A stretch of 63,573 nt of DNA, filler included, from Reticulomyxa filosa (Eukaryota > Protista > Foraminifera): the NCBI GenBank assembly GCA_000512085.1. It is 15 parts of 15 records of this genome, joined end to end, with 100 filler letters (N's around TTAATTAATTAA, not from the genome) between each part and the next. Parts side by side here need not be neighbours in the genome. Positions count along the whole stretch, not along the records: positions 9,692 to 14,904 come from ASPP01010064.1; positions 15,005 to 16,130 come from ASPP01034346.1; positions 16,231 to 17,765 come from ASPP01005504.1; positions 17,866 to 23,964 come from ASPP01020651.1; 11 more parts are not named here. One strand, given 5' to 3'. This document shows positions 11,833 through 22,553 of the stretch, one piece after another. The notes beneath the pieces are model-generated. The model ran no database searches. It saw only the letters and a list, made by a program, of their open reading frames with translations, and was not told the origin of the DNA. Within the stretch, counting starts at the first letter, position 1. Every line of letters begins with the position of its first letter. The position numbers and the translations under genes are program-made.

Positions 11833-12708
11833 ATGAGACAGCTTGCATTTAATCGCGCTTTTCGATTTTGCCACCATAGCTTAGGTGATTCTAGGTATTC
11901 TTTGGCGTTGCCCTTGGCCAGTGTTCGTCCGCTGCACGTGGTTGCAGACATTTGTGTGACTCCTCTTGGAAAGAAAGAGTCTCCAAGCGTATCAAAAGAA
12001 ATAGCCTCTTTGGTAGAGATTATCCGTGACTCCGGACTGAAAAGCCACTTGCACGCTTGTGGAACAAACGTCGAAGGTGACTGGGCAGATGTGTTCGACA
12101 TCGTAAAAAAGTGTCATGAGTGTTTACATGACAAGGGATTCCCAGCAGTATCCACGAGTATTCGGTGCGGAACAAGAACGGACAAAAAACAGTCGCTGCA
12201 TGATAAGGTCGACCATGTAGAGGACATTTTAAATTCGAAAGAAGGAAATGAAGAAGGAGGGGGGAAAGAAAAGGGCTATCAATCCCATTCTAAAGCTTCG
12301 CAATGGGAAGGAGATACGTCTCGATCCGAAGAGCCTCGAGAACGAGGAAAGGATTTTGCATCCAGAAATGAAGGAGCAGGAGCAGGTGTAAAAGGAGAGA
12401 GACGTGGAGTGCAACCGGAACATCAATCCACTGATTCGCAACGGAAACAGTTTCATGCAGACGATCCGCAGATCCAAGATGCTCGCATGACTAAATCTCA
12501 ATCCCAAGAGATCCCAGCTGCTGAGTCTCAATGGGGAGGACAGAATTTCAGAGACACACAGGCGCAAGAGTCTCGATCGAAACATGAAGGAGAGCGAAAA
12601 AACGGATCCATTGGAGGACCGCTCGCCGGAAGCGATTCGCAATGGATGGATTCGCAAAGTAGAGGAAAGAAATCAAGAGATCCCCATTCCAAAACTTATT
12701 CCCAATAA
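11833..12708 (+). CDS. Thiamine-binding protein family (MTH1187/UPF0045/ECM15-like) with N-terminal presequence and disordered C-tail
   Basis: VADICVTPLG..SPSVSKEIA..VEIIRDSGLKSHLHACGTNVEGDW..VF..VKKCHE.LH..G...VSTSIR.GTRTDKKQS..DKV matches the family pattern. Intronless 291-aa ORF. Confidence 0.85.
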   Translation: MRQLAFNRAFRFCHHSLGDSRYSLALPLASVRPLHVVADICVTPLGKKESPSVSKEIASLVEIIRDSGLKSHLHACGTNVEGDWADVFDIVKKCHECLHDKGFPAVSTSIRCGTRTDKKQSLHDKVDHVEDILNSKEGNEEGGGKEKGYQSHSKASQWEGDTSRSEEPRERGKDFASRNEGAGAGVKGERRGVQPEHQSTDSQRKQFHADDPQIQDARMTKSQSQEIPAAESQWGGQNFRDTQAQESRSKHEGERKNGSIGGPLAGSDSQWMDSQSRGKKSRDPHSKTYSQ

Positions 12709-15069
12709 AAAATGTAAATGCTCACTACATATGTTTCCAAAAACGTATTCTTTTTGGTAACTTTTTTTCCCCCCCTTTTCTTGAGGGGGGGGAGGAGGAG
12801 GATCATAACAACAAACAAAAAAAAAGAGTGTTCAAAATTGTAGCTCAGTGTGAACCGCATGGCTAAAAAATAATTGTTGCGTAGTACATGAAATCTATGA
12901 TAGCATTTTTTAAATTTTTTCTTAGTAAAAATTTTTCATTCTTCACTTGCTAGTGCGTTTTTGCACAAAGTACAATTATAAAAAAAGTGATTGCAGGGTA
13001 TTGCAAACTCACTTTCGTTTCAACAAGACTAGTAACTAATTTACTGTAACTATTTTTTTTTTTGTTCTTACATTTCAAAAAACGGTCCATGTTTTTTTTT
13101 GCCCAACGTGATGACCCAAACGTTGAAAAAAGTAAAATTTTTGTGTCACAAAAGACTTCATGCATGTAGGACAAAATTGACAAAGAACAAAGTTTTGTTT
13201 AGAAATACTAGTGTAATTGTAGCTTCTGTAGTACAAGTTGCTCTGGCAAGAGCGAAGCTCAAAGGGAATTAGCCTTTTTTTTCTAATACTACTTCTTTCA
13301 ACTTGTTTTCTTATTTTATTTCATTTCTTTGAATTAGATATTTGTTCTTACTTTATGAATTACTCAAAAGTACTATTTTCGTATTACACTCTACACAAAT
13401 CTTCAATAAGGGCAGTCTGTTGGCTTTTTTTTTCTCAAGCCTCGGCAAAGTATGTACATACACTATCTTTTTTAATGGCGCATTTGAATGAGCGTTGGCA
13501 GTGTCTAATTGAATTTTAAAAAGTTCCAAAAAAAGAAAACTACAGATTTCATCGAAAAAAATGTTGAAAAAACCAGACAGGCCAAAACGTGCTCAAAAGG
13601 GTGTGGTTCCATTTATTTTTTTTTTTATCTTTCATCTTTCTCAGTTTTCCTCTTTACTTTTAAAAAACAACTGTCAAACACATTCTCCAAACTTGTTGGA
13701 AGTAAGATAAACTTGAGATGTTGAAATGCTTGAAAAATAAGTTAGTTAGTTGACTTAATTTCAAAAACAATGACAATTGATATAATAGTCTGATTGCTGT
13801 TTTGTTTTATTCTCTTTCGGATGTCTTGAATATATGATTGCTTGTTTGTTAACATGCTTACAAATATAACAATTTCTATACACGAAATAAAAGTTTTTGT
13901 GACCACAACGCAAAAAAGGCAACTAGAAGCATTTCTAGACCTTTAGAATAATGGAATTGATAAAAATCAGCATTCGAAAATAATTATACTTTGACACGTT
14001 CTGAGAATTGCTTTTGATATATTTCGAACATCACATTCAATAATAGTCAACACTCTGTAATAGAGACTATTTCTCTAGTGCTTAAATCACACCTTGCAAG
14101 CGACAAAATATTTTCCTTTGCAAAGTTTGACATTGCATTTTCAGAAAGATTTACATTGGTTTCCAAAAAAATAATGACAAATATAATAAGAATTTACAAA
14201 TTTCATAATTGAAAAACGAATATTTTTCGTCAATATAACTTTGCCGTGATATCTTTGTTATTCCTTTTTCTTTTATCCCCTATAGGTATCCAAAAGCCAA
14301 AGATTAATGTGCTCTCACATTTGCAGTAAGCGATTTACTGGATGGACTTGCGAACTCGAGGTAATTTGATATACCTGCCAAGCTTCACAAATTGCCAGCA
14401 TAACAATATCACAAAAAATACGGCATTAAGTTGGGATATCACGGAACGCATGTTTGTATTTTCTTCCGTTTGAGAAATAATTTCAAGAAAGAAAAGTGAC
14501 TTTGATTTCGTGTGGATTATTTTATGCATATGTTTCATTTTTTTGAAAACATCAACAAGTAGCTATTTATCACTTTTTTTATAAGAATGATCAATGTTCA
14601 ATACGCAATCTTTTCACAGCTTGATTCATTACATAATTACTCCGTTGGAATGCAATTGTGAAAGAAAAATGAATATTCTTTTTAAAAAAATTGTGTCATT
14701 TTTTTTTTAATCTGTTTTAAAAAGACATACTTTTAATCAAGAAAGTAAAAAACTATTTTTTTTCAATTAAATATTGATCAAAAAGCTAGTTATTGATTTG
14801 TTTTGTCAAATAAAAATCACAATAAAAAAATATTAAATGAACAAGCTGCAAGGGGGAACGTAGTCCCATTTTTTTTTTTTTTTATCTGTCATGTGGTTGC
14901 ACAANNNNNNNNNNNNNNNNNNNNNNNNNNNNNNNNNNNNNNNNNNNNTTAATTAATTAANNNNNNNNNNNNNNNNNNNNNNNNNNNNNNNNNNNNNNNN
15001 NNNNAGTACTAAATACACACTGCAATACAAAAAGTAAACAACAAAAAACATTACAAAAAACAAAAATAA

Positions 15070-15420
15070 GTGTCTTTAATGTTCTTGATCGTTCATATCC
15101 TAATATCGCTTGAATGAAGCAGTCTTCGAATATCTTGAATACTGCAGCTCCAATTGCATCATTGAAGGTAATCTTGTCAATAATTTCCACATTGGTGCAA
15201 TGCATGTTCAATCCTGTAAGTCTTTCTTTCTCCAATTCTGATTGAATATCAGCAATATCTTCTTCCGGACCAATTCCTTTCACAACCACTTCTTTCGTCT
15301 TGAATTGCTATCTGACGCATGACAAATGATGTATTTGCCTGATACTGCATTAATATCATTCACAATGTCTTGCTAATATTTTTTCGAAGATCTCGTGACA
15401 ATTTGATTGTCTTTTGAATA
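15070..15420 (-). pseudogene. Degenerate coding remnant, possibly non-LTR retrotransposon ORF1 (PRE_C2HC-like)
   Basis: EVVVKGIGPEEDIADIQSELEKE resembles the VVIKGL...EEIKEEL motif of LINE ORF1 proteins. The upstream frame is broken by a frameshift and stops. Confidence 0.3.
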
Positions 15421-16370
15421 CATATATATCACCCTTAATCATCATTGGCTAGCTAAAAGCCGACAGGGAGTAACAGCCGAGCGAAAGGGAGTGGCAAGAA
15501 TGCCAAAATACGTCTCCTCATTGCGACAACAATTTTTATGTTTGTTTTGTTCTTTATAATAGTTTTATTCAATTTTGTAAGTGGGGAGTGTTGAATTTTA
15601 TCTATTTTAAGATGTCACTACTTGCTGAAGTCTAGTAGAGTCTGAGCGTGGTCCCAAAGGTACCCTTGGATTCCCTCTGAGCTGCACAGAGGTGAGGCAA
15701 GGCAGTCAAATGTGTGATAATCACAAAAGTTTTGAAGGTTAAATTGAAATCTTTTTGAAACAATATAAAATAATGTATTTTTTAAAAAAATTTTAAAATA
15801 AAATTATTGCTTAAATGTTGAGGCTTGAATGTTATTTGTTGGTTACTTTTGTAACATATTGTATTATTTAGTACTGTATTCATGTTTGAGTGAGATGCTT
15901 GTTTTTACAATATTTTCCTTTTATCAATTCAATAAATTACATTCTTCCATAAAGGATTTTTTTTTCTTGTGTTTTTCCTTCTATTAGTCCTCTTCTTTGG
16001 TTTTCGAGGTTCATTCTTATTTCATTTTCACACAAAAAATAATTAAAAGAAAAAACAATAAAGTTATTCAAGTTAAATTGAGATTTGTCTTGAAAAAAAT
16101 TGAAAAATGTTCGAATCTTTCTCTTGGTATNNNNNNNNNNNNNNNNNNNNNNNNNNNNNNNNNNNNNNNNNNNNTTAATTAATTAANNNNNNNNNNNNNN
16201 NNNNNNNNNNNNNNNNNNNNNNNNNNNNNNCTCTCTCTCTCTCTCTTTCTCTGCAAAACAGGGCACTGAAGAAGGAGTATGTATATCACTCCTTTTTTTT
16301 TTTTTTTTTTTTAAAAAAAAATATCCATGTATACGTAATAATCAAAAAACACGAATAACAATAAAAACAG

Positions 16371-17721
16371 CTGAAAGACGTTTTGGAAAGTAATATTTTG
16401 CAATTCCGTGAAGATGTGGAAGAGATTTGTGACGGTGCCGATAAACAGCTACGTATTGAAAAAGAATTGGAAAAAATTCGTGAGATTTGGGACAATGAGT
16501 TGTTTGAATTCGCATCTTTTAAGAATCGGGGCGAAGTAATATTGAAAGGGCAAGTAGTAAACGAAGTGACAGAAAAGTTGGAAGATTCGATGGCGAATTT
16601 GAATCAAATGCTCACGATGAAGCACGTGAAACCTTTTCGTGCCAACGCAGAAGAATTGCTAACCACGTTGAGTGACGTGAGCGACATCTTGGAACACTGG
16701 ATCAAACTCCAACAATTATGGATGAGTTTGGAGTCCGTCTTTTCCGCAGGTGACATAGCCAGACAAATGCCACAGGATACGAGGACATTTTTGAAAGTGG
16801 ACAAAGAATGGTGTTCGCGTTTCATGGCCAAGGCAAAGGAGACAAAGACAGTGGTCGGCTGTTGTTGCAACGAATACGTAAAGTCCGTTTTGTCGTCGAT
16901 GATGTCAGATTTGGAGAAATGCCAAAAAGCGTTGGATGGATATCTGGAGGCGAAACGCAATCAATTCCCTCGCTTTTATTTTGTATCAAATCCGGCCTTG
17001 CTGTTAATCTTATCTCAAGGAACAGATAGAGTCGCCGTCCAATCATGTTTCGCCAAAGTGTTTGATAGCATCAGTCGTGTGGAATTTGAGAAAGATAATA
17101 TTATCGCTTTTCAAAACATTGAAGCCGGCTATGAAGGAGCAAACGACGTGGAAGAACTGAAACTGTCCAAGCCTGTCAGCGTCAATGGCAATATTGAAGA
17201 TTGGCTTGGGACTCTCGAAAAACAAATGGCAAGGACCATGTATCGAGAAGTTGAACGTGTAGCCAAAGATAGCTTGGACATGGAGTTGCCTGAAATATTA
17301 AAAAGCACTGTGCACAAGTTATAACTAAAAAAAAAAATAAAATAAAATAAAATAAAATAAAATAAAATTTTTTTTTTTTTTTTTTAACATTTCGTGCACG
17401 AAGTACTTTACTTTGCACGGTGATCAATCATACCACATACGTATACGTTATATCAATCTATAGTGCGCGTTGCTGGCAGTACAGTTTATATGGACCACGC
17501 AAGCAGAAGAGGCATTGAAACTATGTCGCCACGACAAAGAGGCGATGAAACGTGCCCAACAACAACAAAATGACGTATTGACAACTTTGTCCAACATGAC
17601 AACTGAAAATATTGCCCGAAAAATGGATCGCAGAAATATTGAGACACTCGTCACCATTCAAGTGCACCAAAAAGATGTACTCGATTATTTAGTGGAAAAG
17701 TACAAAAAAAATCAAATTAAA
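16371..17721 (+). CDS. Axonemal dynein heavy chain fragment (DHC_N2 region), outer-arm gamma/DNAH5-8-like
   Basis: QQLWMSLESVFSAGDIARQMP, LEKCQKALDGYLEAKRNQFPRFYFVSNPALLLILSQG, GNIEDWL, ETLVTIQVHQKDV. Intron at ~17319-17463. Confidence 0.93.
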
Positions 17722-17955
17722 GTACGTCTTTTTCTTTTCTCTCCCCTCCCCCCCCCTTTATCTCTNNNNNNNNNNNNNNNNNNNNNNNNNNNNNNNNNNN
17801 NNNNNNNNNTTAATTAATTAANNNNNNNNNNNNNNNNNNNNNNNNNNNNNNNNNNNNNNNNNNNNTATTATTATTATTATTATTATTCATTATTATTATT
17901 ATTCATTGTTATTGTTATCATTTATTATTATTACCGTAATGTCTTTTTTTTATTA

Positions 17956-18753
17956 ATGGACACATTATCCATAAACATTTTGCAGCCACAATATATATCA
18001 CTTGGTGCACCGATGGTTGGTGGAGGGCCGTTGCCGTTGTCAATGGATGGCAATAACAATGACTTGTATCACTCCTTTGGTCATGGTAATATTCCTCCGA
18101 ACATGTTTTTATCTCAATCGAATATAATCCAAATGGGAAAGCGGATAGAGGGAGGGGAGGACGAAGACGAAGAGGACGATGACAACGACAACGAGAATGA
18201 TGACAATGATAATGATAATGATAATGACAATGACAACGACAATGAGAAAAGGGAAGGCAATGGGATGGCCGAGTCACGACATGGAATGAAAAATCTAATG
18301 TTGCATGGCAAGGACCATGACATGAATAAAAACTATGGCGGCAATGGACCTAAAATCGTCTACGAAACTCCAGAACAAATTGCTGCGATATTGACGATGA
18401 TTGATTTTCGAGCTACCAATCGCAAAGATGGCCATCATGTTATGATATTTGATCGCAATGAGTACTACATGAACAACAAACGATCTTTGACGAAAAGCAA
18501 TCACTCTTCTTCTCTTGGAGAAAAATTCAAAGAAAGCAATGATATCCATTCGTCACAAAATGAAGAACAAATGTACAGTCACTATTATGCCTGCAAAAAA
18601 ATGAATGATTGTGACATCAAATGCAAAGCCAAAATCATTGTCAGGGCTGGCAACAACTATGAAACAAGTGTTTTGTCCTCCAATCCGCCCTTTAACAAAG
18701 GCATTTCCAGAGTTATGCTTAAAGGATCGCATAACCATGATCCCATTTTTTGA
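17956..18753 (+). CDS. Low-complexity protein with C-terminal FLYWCH/WRKY-like C2H2 zinc finger (probably a 3' exon)
   Basis: HVMIFDRNEYY...HYYACKKMNDCDIKCKAKIIV...VMLKGSHNHDP, preceded by an acidic D/N tract. Confidence 0.55.
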   Translation: MDTLSINILQPQYISLGAPMVGGGPLPLSMDGNNNDLYHSFGHGNIPPNMFLSQSNIIQMGKRIEGGEDEDEEDDDNDNENDDNDNDNDNDNDNDNEKREGNGMAESRHGMKNLMLHGKDHDMNKNYGGNGPKIVYETPEQIAAILTMIDFRATNRKDGHHVMIFDRNEYYMNNKRSLTKSNHSSSLGEKFKESNDIHSSQNEEQMYSHYYACKKMNDCDIKCKAKIIVRAGNNYETSVLSSNPPFNKGISRVMLKGSHNHDPIF

Positions 18754-19264
18754 TTTTGCGATTATATTTTTATTATTATTCAAAAACAAATAAAATAAAA
18801 TAAATAAACAAACAAAGAAAAAAAAAAATAATTTTTTTTTTTTTTTACACTTTTTTGTTGCTGTTGCTTTTTTAAAAAATTGTAAACGTCTGTTCTTGCT
18901 TTTGAGTTTGAGTCATGCTTTTGTAAACACACCTTTGTCGTTCAATGTGGACAATTGCGAAAAACTTGAAGGTGTTTTCTTGCGCAGAAAGTAGAATGTA
19001 CCAATTGTTTCTTTTTGCAAAAAAAAAAAGTAACTTTTCTTCATTACCACTTTATAAGTTTCTTTATTGTTGCAAATGAAATACTTCATCACAGCTTTTT
19101 AAAAAAGATTATGAAATCAGAATAACAGACATTGAAAAATTCGTTTACATTTGCGAAAGAAATTATCTCCACCTGATAAACGAAATTCGAAGTTTTTTTA
19201 TCAAACTAACTTTTTTTAAGTTTTGTGTGGTTTTTCTTCTTACAGAAAAAATCAACCAAAAAGA

Positions 19265-22200
19265 ATGACATCAATTACAACTGGAGAAGGTCAACCAGGA
19301 TATCAAAATGATGCTCCAGCAGAAGTACTGCAACACAAGAAAGAAATATCACGGCTGCGTGTAGGCCTTGGTGTTGCCTTGTTTTTTGTATTATTTTTGT
19401 TCATTTTTTTGGTGGCCTATGCAACTACCCATAAATCCACAAGTTCTGGAGGCTCAACAGAGACAGTTTCATCATCGGTTTGTCAAACTGAGGTACGCAC
19501 GTTATATGATTCTTTGCAATAAAAAAACAAATCAGCCTTGCTAACATGAACATGTCTTCTAAAAAAAATCAAAAGGCGTGTGTTTCTCTCGCCAATGAAA
19601 TTCTTACTTCCATGGACACGTTGAGTTTTTTTATTGACAGAAAGTAAGATGCAAAGGGGTAGAGGGGTATTATCAAAAGGATTCTTTTTTTTGTGTGTAC
19701 GTACTGTACATTAGGACGGCAGACCCTTGTGTTGACTTTTTCCAATACGCATGTGGTGGTTTTAAAGAGGAACACGAATATGCCTTATCCAGTGCATATG
19801 GAGTGGATGCATTTAGTTTATTGGATTCCTATGAAGCAGATGTATTTTTTTCCCTTTTACCTACTAATTATTTGAGCCACAATTGATATAGGGAGGAAAA
19901 TAAAAATAGTTTTTATTACCGAGAACATAAAAAAAAAAAAAAAAAGGTGTTTTTGGATGGATTATTTTATCCGGAAAATAACAATTTGAAAACGAACCCA
20001 GCAGTGCTGAAAACACGCTTGTTTTTCAATTCGTGTATGATATCAACAAGCAGCCAAGAGGAATTCGAAGCGTCCACATTGTTGCAAGAACTGGTGACAA
20101 TGGTAAACTTTACCGACGCGAAGAACAAGTCGAAGCCTTGGGATGCAGCCTCATCTTTGGGATTCCAAAAGGCTTTGGGATGGCTGGGCGGTCGCTCATG
20201 GAACTACTTGTTCGTAATGAGTGCCTTTGCGGAAGAGGAAATTGCATTTGTCCAAAACTTTAACTATTGGATGTACTTCTCATCTGAAAACTGGTCTGCC
20301 ACTTTGAACTCTACCGTTGTACCTCTTTATCAGTCTTTGTTCGGGCTGTCCGCCAGCCAAAGTATCAATTTGGCCGCTGATGTTTCCGATTTTGCTGATG
20401 CTGTCAACAGCATTTCTTCTCATGACGATAGTTATACGGATCCAAGTCAACTCTCCTCCTATCAACGATTTACTCAGAATCAAAGCATATTTGGAACGTC
20501 GTCTGTGTTAAATTACACAAGTTAAAACTAATAACCTACCTGTTTTTTAAAGATAGTATACGTGTTGTTTAAACAACCTTTTTTTATTTTCATTTAATTA
20601 TAATTTTTTTTTTTTAGACGTAATAAAATTCCAGTTTGCAACCTCAAACTTGAAACCTTGGATATTGTATTTGGAACCGGATGTTTATACGTATCACTAT
20701 TTCTCTAATTTAATTTCTCTCATTGAATCCACCAGTCCACAGACTGTGCAATTTTATTTGTTTGCAGAAGTCATTTTATTCGGATTGAACTTTGAAAATG
20801 TTTTGTAATTCTACTCTTTATTGTGTGTGGTCATACGTATGTGTTGTATGTAAGTTTTTTTTTTTCTTCCATGCAAACGCATACAATGTAAGATGTTTTT
20901 TTTTTGTGCACTGTGTATACAGTATTTGTTGAGAATTGCCAACCAACCTCGTTTTTATAGTCGCTCAGACTACTGCGTTGCTGCTGCAAAATGGGCATTC
21001 CCGTATGTATATGGATACACCATTTATGAGGCCTTATACGGGTAAGTTGATAGTTTTTTTTAAAAAAAAAGAGGAGAGAAAGAATTCAATGATCACTGTT
21101 TTATATTCTTTGTGATTATTTAATCCAATCCCTTTTTGGTGAACTATGTTTTTAGTAAGGACAAATACGAGCAAGTGTTAGATATGGTCGACACGGTTGT
21201 GAACTCGGGCGTAAAAGTCTTGTTAAATAGTAATACCTTTATGGATGCGACATCAAGAACTGCAACAAATAAAAAAATTGCCAAGTTGCGTACTTTTATT
21301 GGTTTCCCACCACCAATAATTGACTATGAAACTTTGGCGAGCTATTACTCTACCGTAGTCATTATATATAACTACATGGAAAATTTGGAACAAGTTGCAG
21401 GTGGACGTGCTATTTCGCAACAATTGCTGTATAATGGCGAAACTGTAAATATGACAGGGTCATGGCCAAGCGGATTCAGTGATCCCAACTCGTTTGGATA
21501 TTGGTTTGTTTATTTGTTTGTTTGTTCGTTTTTAAACAAAAGATCGAAGTAATTTGTGTGTATTGTGTTATTTTGTGGTGGAAAAACAAAATAGGTTGAC
21601 TGGCATTAACGCCTTTTAGTATGTATCTCGACTAAATATATGTTCATGTTTTAGTTTACAATTTGTATGATATAACAAAGAGTAATAATACTTTTAAATA
21701 GTGTTCCGACTGGCAATTACTTTACCATTCCAGTTCTGATCACTCAAAAACCATTCTTTGATGTTTCTTATCCATCTTCAATCAATTTCGGTGGCATTGG
21801 TGCAGTTGAGCTTTTTTTTTGCTTCTTTGTTTTAATCTCTTTTTCTAGTGATTGTCGATCATACATTTTTTTGTCATTGTTTTTGAATAGGTGATTGGAC
21901 ACGAGATGTCTCATGGATACGATCCAAATGTAAGGAGAGCAAAACCAAGTCTTTGTGTTTTTATTTCAAATTACTTTGGCGGCTTGAAATCAATTTTTTG
22001 TTTGTTTTACAAAGGGCATCATGTTAATGGAGATGGCAAGTATGTAAACACTAGCATTTGGACCGCTTCAACCAAAGCTGAATACGATGACCGAGTTCAA
22101 TGCTTGATTGATCAATACGATACTCTGGAAATAGCTAATGGCGTGTATGTGGATGGAAACCGTACTAAAACAGAAAATGTTGCAGACAACAGTGGCAGCG

Positions 22201-22553
22201 CTGCAAGTTGGCTAGCTTGGCAAGCATGGAAACAAAACGTCGTTGATCCAGTCTTACCAGGGGTTAACTTAACTTCAGAGCAATTGTTCTTCCTGGGCTG
22301 GGCCCGTTCCTGGTAATGTGACTTGTTTTTTCTTTGTTTGATTTGCTAAAAATTCATGTGATTGATATTGTAAAATAACTATAGGTGTGAGGTGACAGTT
22401 AGCAGCTATTATGTTGGTTGGAGAGATGTCCATGCTCCAAACGAGGCTCGAGTATGGGGTGTTGTTCAAAACAGTCAACACTTTGCTGATGCTTACAAAT
22501 GTGCCGCTAATACCTTCATGAACCCAACTTCGAAGTGTCAATTATGGAGTTAA
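19265..22553 (+). CDS. Neprilysin/ECE-like M13 zinc metallopeptidase, type II membrane protein, multi-exon
   Basis: N-terminal TM helix; CQTE/ACVSLANEILTSMD/ADPCVDFFQYACGG; INAFY (24-nt microexon ~21595-21618); NFGGIGAVIGHEMSHGYD (HExxH); TENVADNSG; EQLFF; DVHAPNEARV; MNPTSKCQLWS*. Confidence 0.95.

Noticed and set aside
12710-14904. Short ORFs in AT-rich stretches (also 22600-24700, 36850-37550, 62574-63573)
   Set aside because: F/L/I/K-rich translations typical of random AT-rich intergenic DNA, with no motifs or exon chains.
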